Assembly: GCA_043827025.1 (NCBI GenBank)
Contig: JBDRPL010000019.1
Span: forward strand, 24,273-88,272
Length of the DNA stretch: 64,000 bases
Origin: Candidatus Micrarchaeota archaeon
Lineage (GTDB): Archaea > Micrarchaeota > Micrarchaeia > Anstonellales > Bilamarchaeaceae
Reading direction: 5' to 3'
Shown: positions 56,317 through 64,000 of the stretch, piece after piece
Layout: each line of letters starts with the position of its first letter
Numbering within the stretch: position 1 is the first letter of the stretch
Made by a program: the position numbers and the translations under genes
The notes under the pieces: model-generated
Database searches by the model: none
Seen by the model: only the letters and a program-made list of their open reading frames with translations
What the model was told of the DNA's origin: nothing

Positions 56317-58861
56317 ACTCTTCCATGATTTCCTCTTGACTCAATACTCTGTCATATATTTTCACTTCATCCATGTCTCCCCTGAAGAATGTGTTGATGC
56401 CTTTATTCGAGCCAATGTATATCATTGCTCCTGTGTCGAATCCGCCAATCCCACTTACTCCAAATTGCTTTATCATGGTGCCATTAACATAGACCTTTGC
56501 CATTGAATCGCGATCGAATGTCATCACGACTTGAGTCCATCTATTCTTTGGAATTACGGTTTTTGAAAGGTATGTCTCTGTAATCTCTCCATCCCTGAAT
56601 GCGAGATGCGGCCTTCTGGAACTCAGTATCATAGCATATGAAGGATCTGTATTCCTGTTTGACACCATATACCCTCCGCTGTAATTTGTTCTTACCCATA
56701 AGGATATTGAGAAATCTTCATTGTCTCCGAAATTGGTTTCGTCTGTTGTTTCTATCGAGATGTAGTCATTTGCCCCATCCATCCTGCATGCATTTCCTTT
56801 AACTCCGTTTGCTACGAATTGCATCTCTCCATGATATTGTTCCTGCCCAAAAGTATCGCAATTTATTGTCAATACAGGGCCTGCTGGAGGCAATGTTTGG
56901 TTTGTCTGGTTTTGAGTTGGGGGTTGCGTTTGGTTTGTATTGTTTTGAGGCTGAATCTCCCCAAGATATTCATATGCCCCAATGTCATATCCATTCCCAG
57001 ACGGCCTTGTATTCCCATCCATATCGAAAATAGGAGCAAGCATGCCAGTTCCCTTATCTATGGCAGGGCTATTCATAAGCAAACGGAAATTATTCAGATT
57101 CGCTGCAACAAATAATGGGTCAAGCCCCATTGAGCCTTGTTCCAGCCCAGTTTGTTGGGTCAACAATCCATTTTGGATGTCCTGAATCGTGAATCTGCCA
57201 TATTTTCCTTCAACAGCATAGTTGTTGCCTGTTCCGAAATAGATATTGTTGCTCATGCTTCTTACAGTTGCTCCATTTCCAATGTGGAATCCGCCGTTGT
57301 TGAATGCGAATATGTTGTTATGGAAAGAAAAGCTTGCAGTCTGGCCTGCATCATATACTGCGTATGCGCCATAATCTCCATATATTATTCCGTTGAATGC
57401 AATCACGTTGTTGATTACATCCACATCAGCGCCATTGGCAATGACCAGTCCTGCCAATCCATTGCGGTATGTCAGGGAATTTTTCATTGAGCCTCCGACT
57501 CCCCAAAGTTTTATTCCGTTCCTTGCGTTGTATCTTGAGATTGAATCAATGATCTGGGTATTGTCTGATTTTGAATCAAAACCGTCGCCTGCATTGTATT
57601 CGGAGAGCGAATTCTCGATGATTATATCATGGCTTCCACCTTCAAAAGCAATTCCGTCTGCAGCTGTGTTTGAGTCTGTACCCCCATTGTCACTCGCAGT
57701 GAAGTTCTTGAAATGCACGTAGTTGCATGGGCCAGGAGCACAGTCAAATCCTGCCAATTCATTATGGTGAGTCTTAAAATTTATAAGAGTCAAATAGCTT
57801 ACCTCTCCCAAAGATCCTGGATCTGTCACTCTGATTCCTGTGTTCGTATTATGTAAATCAATATTGCTAAATGTTATATGACTTGCTCCGCCATGCACAT
57901 AAATTCCATATCCTACGAAGTTTTTGATTTCTAAACCATTTATCACAAGATGTCTTGCTGAAGAAGTTATTGTTGGCATGTCCCACTTATACATTGTAGC
58001 TCCATCAATTACTACTTTTTCATTATCATATGCACTTATGGTTATAGGAGCGTTTTCAGTACCAGCAATGTCAAATAAAGCTGCCTGAGTATAGGTTCCA
58101 CCTCGAATATATAGGGCATCTCCAGGCTCTAGTCTGTCCAATCCTTCGCCTATTGTTGCGAGTGGTTGATCTATTGTTCCTGAGTTTGCATCGTTTCCTG
58201 TTGTTGATACATAATATGTACTCAAATTAGGCTGGGTCGGATCAACAGGTGTGTCATTCTGCGGTGGATTGACTGGCGGAAGCGTCTCGTTTTGCGCAGG
58301 TGGCTGAGTATTATTCTGCGGTGGTGTAATTGTTATCGGCGCAGGAGGGGTTGTATCATAATTTTCAATTCCCTGATCTCTCCCTTGAGGACAAACATTT
58401 GCCTGGCTTTCAACACCTGTTATTGGGTCAGTTATTATTGGATTAGAAATATATCTACAAGTGTCTGAATATTTTTCACCCATTGCATCTGTTCCATAGG
58501 GACCTTCATTATAAACACCGTCTTCATCTATGTCCCAGCATATCCATGCTCTTTGAGTATAAGGGTCTGCACCACCTAATCTATCTGCAATATTAAGAAC
58601 GTATCTCCATGTATTCGGATCCATTGTTATTTTTTTGTTTGTTGCTGGATCATAGGGGTTTGAAGCATTTACCAATGGATAAATCAGATAATAAGGATAG
58701 TATGCGGCATCAACATTGCAATATGCGTCGAACCCTACAACCTGTATGTCCATGTCTGTTGCATCTGGATTGTTATCGCCATCAACATCTGTGCTGTATG
58801 CAAATGCAAAACTGCTCAGAAACACCAGCATCAATCCAATTAAGAGAATTGTTTTTTTCAT
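56300..58861 (-). CDS. Secreted right-handed beta-helix protein with a C-terminal LamG-like domain
   Basis: Signal peptide MKKTILL, YYVS..GND..SGT...P..TI, beta-helix repeats, SPAIDKG..DIGAYEY, FRGDMDEVKIYDRVLS, and Pro/Gln/Thr linkers. Confidence 0.85.
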   Translation of the reverse strand: MKKTILLIGLMLVFLSSFAFAYSTDVDGDNNPDATDMDIQVVGFDAYCNVDAAYYPYYLIYPLVNASNPYDPATNKKITMDPNTWRYVLNIADRLGGADPYTQRAWICWDIDEDGVYNEGPYGTDAMGEKYSDTCRYISNPIITDPITGVESQANVCPQGRDQGIENYDTTPPAPITITPPQNNTQPPAQNETLPPVNPPQNDTPVDPTQPNLSTYYVSTTGNDANSGTIDQPLATIGEGLDRLEPGDALYIRGGTYTQAALFDIAGTENAPITISAYDNEKVVIDGATMYKWDMPTITSSARHLVINGLEIKNFVGYGIYVHGGASHITFSNIDLHNTNTGIRVTDPGSLGEVSYLTLINFKTHHNELAGFDCAPGPCNYVHFKNFTASDNGGTDSNTAADGIAFEGGSHDIIIENSLSEYNAGDGFDSKSDNTQIIDSISRYNARNGIKLWGVGGSMKNSLTYRNGLAGLVIANGADVDVINNVIAFNGIIYGDYGAYAVYDAGQTASFSFHNNIFAFNNGGFHIGNGATVRSMSNNIYFGTGNNYAVEGKYGRFTIQDIQNGLLTQQTGLEQGSMGLDPLFVAANLNNFRLLMNSPAIDKGTGMLAPIFDMDGNTRPSGNGYDIGAYEYLGEIQPQNNTNQTQPPTQNQTNQTLPPAGPVLTINCDTFGQEQYHGEMQFVANGVKGNACRMDGANDYISIETTDETNFGDNEDFSISLWVRTNYSGGYMVSNRNTDPSYAMILSSRRPHLAFRDGEITETYLSKTVIPKNRWTQVVMTFDRDSMAKVYVNGTMIKQFGVSGIGGFDTGAMIYIGSNKGINTFFRGDMDEVKIYDRVLSQEEIMEEYGTNN

Positions 58862-59042
58862 AGTAACCAGTCCTTGTAGCCAAATAATATTTTGACTCGT
58901 TACTGTCATTTGCAGTTCATATACTTAAATGTTCCAGTAACCTTTTCCAACTTTTTACGAAATTCGCAAATTAATGTTCAAACCTCAAACAATAACCTTT
59001 TAAATTTCAAACAATATCTTAGAATGCAATGGTGTTTTCTAC

Positions 59043-59489
59043 ATGATTCCAGAGTCAAAACTAATACGTTCAGAATTAACGCTAAGGGAAATGTCTTTGC
59101 CTGAAGAAACAAAGTTAACGCGCAAATCCCTCATTAGATGGGTTGCCCTTTCCTTTGGTTTAATTCATCCGAATGAATCAAGAAAGTTGTTGCTTGACGT
59201 GCTTGAAGTTCTATTCATGTATCATGTGAAAAATACCACTCCGACCACACAGCATGTGCTCGATTCCCTAAAAGAATTGGATGGAAAGGACCCGAACCCA
59301 AAGGCAGTTTATTATCATCTATTAAAATTGAAGGAAGCAGGCCTGATCTCCAGAAAGAAAGGGCAATATTATTTTGATGACGAAGGCAAGACCTTGTCAG
59401 AGACTTTTAAGGTGTTCTATCAGAAGAAGTTCAATGAGTCATTCAAGAACATTGACGAAGCGCTGAAAAAGCTGGAGACGAACTACTAG
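59043..59489 (+). CDS. Winged-helix domain protein
   Basis: AVYYHLLKLKEAGLISRKKGQYY. Confidence 0.7.
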   Translation: MIPESKLIRSELTLREMSLPEETKLTRKSLIRWVALSFGLIHPNESRKLLLDVLEVLFMYHVKNTTPTTQHVLDSLKELDGKDPNPKAVYYHLLKLKEAGLISRKKGQYYFDDEGKTLSETFKVFYQKKFNESFKNIDEALKKLETNY

Positions 59490-59553
59490 CAAACCGCAGG
59501 GGAATAAGTCATATTTAAAATAACATGTCATGAATATTTTGGCAGGTAGTATT

Positions 59554-60801
59554 ATGGTTGAACTTAAAGGTTTTTACAAGCTTTCCGTTGAAGAGCGATT
59601 GAAGCTCTTGGAACGCGAGAAATTGCTTTCTAATCAATCAGTCCAGCTCCTGAAAAATGGAAACGCGCTGAAGATTGAGGTTGCAGACAGAATGGTTGAG
59701 AATGTAATCGGAACAATCCAGTTGCCAATTGGCATAGCGACTAATTTCAAAATCAATGGAAAAGATTACCAGGTGCCTATGGCAATAGAAGAAGCATCTG
59801 TAATTGCAGCAGCATCCAAGGCTGCGAAGCTCTGTTTGCCAGAGGGGTTCACGGCAGAAGCCGATGAGCCAGTGATGATGGGCCATGTTCAGCTTATGAA
59901 CATATCCAATGTAGGGAATGCGTTGTCAAACCTAAGCAAGCACAGGAACGAAATCATTGCAATAGCAAGGGAATCCTCAAAAGTAATGGAGCAGTATGGC
60001 GGAGGATTTAGGGAAGTAGTATTCAAGGAATTGAAGAATGCAAGAACAGGGACAATTATTGCAGAATTTTACGTTGATGTAAGAGATGCAATGGGAGCCA
60101 ACACAGTCAACACGATTCTCGAACAAGTGGCTCCAATGCTTTCTGAAATCACAGGTGGAAAAACAAGATTAAGAATCATAAGCAATCTCGCAATCAGGAG
60201 AAAAGTAAGGGCAAAAGCCATATGGAAAAAAGAAGTAATCGGCGAAGATGGCGTTGAAGGTGTTTTGGATGGCTATGATTTTGCAAAGAATGATGTTTAC
60301 CGGTGCGCCACCCACAACAAAGGAGTGATGAATGGAATTGATGCAGTTGCAATTGCAACTGGCAATGACTGGCGCGCAGTTGAAGCAGGCATGCACAGTT
60401 TTGCATCATTGAATGGCTATCATCCAATAACAAAGTATGAGAAGGACAAGAATGGAAACCTTGTAGGAACAATCGAGCTTCCGCTTCCTGTTGCAACAGT
60501 TGGTGGCGCAATCAATACTCTGCCGCATGCGAAGGTGGCACTTGAGCTTCTTGGTGCAAAATCAGCGAAGGAACTTGCAATGGCCATGGTGTGCGTAGGG
60601 CTTGCCAATAATTTTGCTGCCCTATTGGCTTTGTCAACAGTAGGTATCCAGGAAGGCCATATGAAATTGCATTCAAGGAATCTTGCAGTGATCGCAGGTG
60701 CGAAAACAGATAAAGAAATAACTTGTGTTTCTGACAAGATGAACGAAGAAAAGAAATTCTCAGTTGATTATGCTAAAAAACTTTTGGAAGAAATGAGGTA
60801 G
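59554..60801 (+). CDS. mvaA: HMG-CoA reductase, class II
   Basis: GFYKLS, ENVIG, EEASVIAA, DAMGAN, THNKG.MNGIDA, GNDWRA, GIQEGHMKLH. Confidence 0.93.
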   Translation: MVELKGFYKLSVEERLKLLEREKLLSNQSVQLLKNGNALKIEVADRMVENVIGTIQLPIGIATNFKINGKDYQVPMAIEEASVIAAASKAAKLCLPEGFTAEADEPVMMGHVQLMNISNVGNALSNLSKHRNEIIAIARESSKVMEQYGGGFREVVFKELKNARTGTIIAEFYVDVRDAMGANTVNTILEQVAPMLSEITGGKTRLRIISNLAIRRKVRAKAIWKKEVIGEDGVEGVLDGYDFAKNDVYRCATHNKGVMNGIDAVAIATGNDWRAVEAGMHSFASLNGYHPITKYEKDKNGNLVGTIELPLPVATVGGAINTLPHAKVALELLGAKSAKELAMAMVCVGLANNFAALLALSTVGIQEGHMKLHSRNLAVIAGAKTDKEITCVSDKMNEEKKFSVDYAKKLLEEMR

Positions 60802-60806
60802 AAAAA

Positions 60807-62201
60807 ATGAACGAAACATTCAAAAAGCACGCATTTCCAGTCATTCTCTTGATTTTGTTCTGCACAGGGATTTATCTTGCATTCGGTGGCGGCCCAATCT
60901 CAGACCATGCTTATGGGGAATTGCTCGAATACACGACAAAAGGATACATGCATCTTTTGAATCTGGATGTTTCCATGGTTCGTTTTGCAGTTTTATTCTT
61001 TACTTTCATTTCGTCTATTTTGGTTTATTTTTCATTCAAGGAAAACCAGAAGGTTGCAATACTGGCAGCAATGCTTTTCATGAGCGCGAATGTGCCTAAC
61101 ATGGTTTTCATAAATTCGATAATGCAGCCTTTAATAATGCTGATAGCTTCACTTGGATTCGCCCTTTTCTACCTCAACAAAAAATCCACTACCCGCTATC
61201 TTTCGGTCTTGCTTTTTTTGGCAGCTGTTTTTCTAGCTTATCCTTCATTTACTTACGAACTTTCATATCATGAGGTTGGCCTGTTGCTTCCTTTGGCAGT
61301 GCTTGGAATTTTCATGGCTGAGGAACTCGTATTCCTCGCAGTAGGCATTGCATTCCTTTATCTTTATCCTCAGATTTCAATGGTTGTGTTCGCATTCACA
61401 GGTGCTGCAGCATTGCAGAAATTCTTTAATGATTTCCAGAACAAGAAGATGTGGCTTGTTTTCCTGCTTGCGTTTTTCATTTCAGTTTTCAGTTTCGAGC
61501 TGGTGCAAAGCAATATTATATTAGGTGCAGTTGTAGGTGCGATGCTCTATGGAGTATTATATTTATATGAATTCAAAGTCGAAGGTTTGAAAACAGCGTT
61601 TATAGCTGCCTTGTTATTGTCATCAGTTCTCATAGGGCTTAATTCGGCATATGCAAGTGGAATGAGGAATCCGTCAAGCGGACATATTGAGCTTTACAAA
61701 TCTTTTGGCCCGCAATCCGCATATGTGCTTGCATTTCCAAATTCATTTGAGTATTATACTGGTGCAAAAGCCAATCTGCTGACAAGGGAGAACCTTCTCT
61801 CAAACAAGTCTGCGTCAGGAATGGCTGTAATCGCTTCAAGCGAAGACCTATTCCAATTGTTCAAGGATGACCCAATTGTATTCTATTTCTACGGCTTCTC
61901 GAAAAAGCCTGATGGGCAGTACGTTGCTGTTTTCTTTAACCCCACCTATGTTCTGCAGGTTCCTTCTGATCCAAATCTTGGATTTACTGACGATGCTTAT
62001 ATATTCGATCCGCAGACAGGCAAAACTATTTCGACAGTCATTTCCCCGAGGCTCAAACTTTTCAACAAGAAAGATGAGCTTTCTCAGGGCATACTTCTCA
62101 TAAATACAGAAGATGTAAGGGGTACGGTTCTATATAACATGTTATTCAATTCTCAGATCGTTTCAGAATTCGGTAACGTGAAACTCTTCAAGGTGGAATG
62201 A
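60807..62201 (+). CDS. Multi-pass membrane protein with an extracellular C-terminal domain
   Basis: About 10 hydrophobic segments and a soluble tail. Coupled to the glycosyltransferase gene. Confidence 0.7.
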   Translation: MNETFKKHAFPVILLILFCTGIYLAFGGGPISDHAYGELLEYTTKGYMHLLNLDVSMVRFAVLFFTFISSILVYFSFKENQKVAILAAMLFMSANVPNMVFINSIMQPLIMLIASLGFALFYLNKKSTTRYLSVLLFLAAVFLAYPSFTYELSYHEVGLLLPLAVLGIFMAEELVFLAVGIAFLYLYPQISMVVFAFTGAAALQKFFNDFQNKKMWLVFLLAFFISVFSFELVQSNIILGAVVGAMLYGVLYLYEFKVEGLKTAFIAALLLSSVLIGLNSAYASGMRNPSSGHIELYKSFGPQSAYVLAFPNSFEYYTGAKANLLTRENLLSNKSASGMAVIASSEDLFQLFKDDPIVFYFYGFSKKPDGQYVAVFFNPTYVLQVPSDPNLGFTDDAYIFDPQTGKTISTVISPRLKLFNKKDELSQGILLINTEDVRGTVLYNMLFNSQIVSEFGNVKLFKVE

Positions 62202-63172
62202 TGCTGGTCTATCTTTCGGTATTTGCCATTTCTTTTCTCATTTGCTTTCTGTTTACCTATCTCCTGATTCCACGGTTGAGGCGGGTGGGCATTTCAGGCA
62301 AGGATATCAACAAGCCAGATGCCCCTGAAGTTGCGGAGATGGGCGGTCTTGCAATTGTCGCTGGTTTTTCAGCAGGTGTGTTGCTTGCAGTTTTTGCAAA
62401 CAGCTTCTTTTCATTCGATTTCAATTTGATCTTTATTCTTGCAGCCCTGATAACGATACTTGCAGTTGCAATAATAGGCATAGTGGATGATCTGCTCGAC
62501 ATTCCCCAATGGTTCAAAGCACTGCTTCCCCTATTCGCAGCAGTTCCACTTATTGCAGTGAATGCAGCTGAAAGCACATCTATTTTGATACCCTTTATAG
62601 GTCCAGTTGATTTTGGGATTTTTTTCCTTATAGTCCTTATCCCTATCGGAGTTGCAGTTTCATCCAATCTCACAAATATGTTTGCAGGTTTCAATGGCCT
62701 TGAATCCTCTCTCGGAGTCGTGATATTTGCGACTGTTGCAATACTTGCCCTCACGCATGGGTTGACTGAGATGTCTATCCTTTCCATAGCGATAATCGGT
62801 GCGCTTCTTGCATTTTTGGTCTTCAACAGATATCCTTCAAAAATATTTCCAGGGGATGTTGGCAACCTTTCCATTGGCGCAATACTTGCAAGTGCAGTCA
62901 TAATAGGCAATTTTGAGGCAGCTGGCGCTCTTTTGCTGATTCCATACATCATCGATTTTTTTATAAAAGCATACAATAAATTCCCGAGCAGCAAATGGTG
63001 GGGCGTTCCTAAGGATGGGAAGCTCTATCCTGTTGATGGCAAGGTCAGAGGATTTGCACAGCTTGTTATGAAGAGGTTCAATGGCATCAGCGAACAGAGG
63101 CTTGTACTGTTCTTCATTTGCCTTGAGATATTGGTTGCTGTTGCTGTTCTGGGATTTTTCTTCACGAACTAA
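62198..63172 (+). CDS. Glycosyltransferase family 4 (polyprenyl-P GlcNAc-1-P transferase, AglH/Alg7-like)
   Basis: GKDINK, EMGG, GIVDD, NMFAGFNGLE, FN.YP.KIFPGDVG. Confidence 0.9.
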   Translation: MMLVYLSVFAISFLICFLFTYLLIPRLRRVGISGKDINKPDAPEVAEMGGLAIVAGFSAGVLLAVFANSFFSFDFNLIFILAALITILAVAIIGIVDDLLDIPQWFKALLPLFAAVPLIAVNAAESTSILIPFIGPVDFGIFFLIVLIPIGVAVSSNLTNMFAGFNGLESSLGVVIFATVAILALTHGLTEMSILSIAIIGALLAFLVFNRYPSKIFPGDVGNLSIGAILASAVIIGNFEAAGALLLIPYIIDFFIKAYNKFPSSKWWGVPKDGKLYPVDGKVRGFAQLVMKRFNGISEQRLVLFFICLEILVAVAVLGFFFTN

Positions 63173-63225
63173 TTTTTTCCAATTTGCTATTACTTTAAAT
63201 TACTTTGTTTATAACCTTACGTGCA

Positions 63226-63846
63226 ATGGCATCAAAATACTTACACGCACAGAACCTGGGAGGTTACATTCGCTTTGGAACTGATGGCAGGAAAAGAAGC
63301 CTTTGGACCTTGCATAACGGAGTTCTTGCAGAATACCATTTCCATGAAATTTACAAGAGATTGGCTGAAGTGAATGGGCTATGGAAAACTCATTTTCGGA
63401 TCCCAAGTCTTGATTTTGTAAGATTTCTGCTCCACGAACGTCGTGATCTTTTTAGTACCTATCTTACAGGCCAGGATCTTATAGTTGATAGGGTGGTTGC
63501 TTATGAAAGGCAAGGTGTTCCTCTTGGAGGCGTGGTTTCTTTTGAATCCAAAGGCAGGACTTTTGTCATGCCAACAGGGCAGTTCATAGGTTTGACTGAT
63601 GTTGCATTAATGGTTTCATATTATAGTTCTCGTATTAGTGAGGTTGATAGTAAAGTGATTATATGTCCTCTGAAAACTAGGCTAGTTTCAGTTGAGGCTT
63701 TTCGATCTAATGGTTTGGATCCTGGTCTTCCCAGAGAGGTGTTAACTCTTGATTCAGCATTTGTGGGTCCTTTGGTCATCCCATTGGACAAAAATGGAGA
63801 ACCAAAATCAATTGACTTGACCCGGACTACATTCAGAATTGATTGA
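63226..63846 (+). CDS. Hypothetical protein
   Basis: Own TATA-like box (TTTATAA, ~63208). ATG 63226 gives MASKYL. Confidence 0.55.
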   Translation: MASKYLHAQNLGGYIRFGTDGRKRSLWTLHNGVLAEYHFHEIYKRLAEVNGLWKTHFRIPSLDFVRFLLHERRDLFSTYLTGQDLIVDRVVAYERQGVPLGGVVSFESKGRTFVMPTGQFIGLTDVALMVSYYSSRISEVDSKVIICPLKTRLVSVEAFRSNGLDPGLPREVLTLDSAFVGPLVIPLDKNGEPKSIDLTRTTFRID

Positions 63847-63877
63847 CTTAAATTTTTTTCATAATCTGTAGAAATTG

Positions 63878-64000
63878 TTATTTCTCCATTTCCTTCTTCA
63901 GCCTTTCGTAATCTTCTTTCTGCCCTATATCTATCCATATTCCTTTGAGCTCATAGGCATTTATCTTCTCGCCTTTTTCAAGCAATCTAGGAAATACGTT
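63878..64000 (-). CDS. Sugar-phosphate nucleotidyltransferase, C-terminal fragment
   Basis: Manual translation NVFPRLLEKGEKINAYELKGIWIDIGQKEDYERLKKEMEK* contains the W.DIG motif. The gene runs off the window end. Confidence 0.75.
   Translation of the reverse strand, partial: NVFPRLLEKGEKINAYELKGIWIDIGQKEDYERLKKEMEK

Noticed and set aside
62257..62994. 245-aa antisense ORF
   Set aside because: Shadow of the hydrophobic GT4 gene. The same applies to the many short antisense or nested ORFs in the track.
1..64000. CRISPR array, rRNA, integrase, transposase, intein, reverse transcriptase, alternative genetic code
   Set aside because: None seen. RNAP subunits have no large insertions, and TAA, TAG and TGA all terminate conserved genes.

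Overview
Gene-dense, AT-rich archaeal chromosome segment. A DPANN archaeon, most plausibly Micrarchaeota, is inferred from gene content, not proven. Housekeeping genes: the rpoH-B''-B'-A'-A''-L30e-nusA operon, EF-1alpha, AsnRS, AspRS, ValRS, archaeal AsnA with a divergent Lrp/AsnC regulator, purA, guaAA, speE, enolase, class II HMG-CoA reductase, ScpA, ScpB, SepF, SppA, DnaG, TtuA with ThiS, and SurE. Surface genes: a cluster of class III signal-peptide (pilin-like) genes and several Cys-rich or beta-helix proteins. Not shown in the ORF track: a tRNA-Asp(GTC) with three BHB introns (15/16, 37/38, 59/60), a tRNA-Ser(TGA) with a 15/16 intron, a heavily structured ~170-nt leader upstream of EF-1alpha, a 37-bp near-identical promoter element shared by two orphan genes, and several operator-like palindromes. 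Orphan genes with basic N-termini are scattered between housekeeping genes, including a PP2C-like and a PPDK-like protein. A CBS-HPF hibernation-factor-like gene and a TPR-AAA+ ATPase are also present. No CRISPR array, rRNA, integrase, transposase or intein was seen. All calls were made by eye, without database searches.
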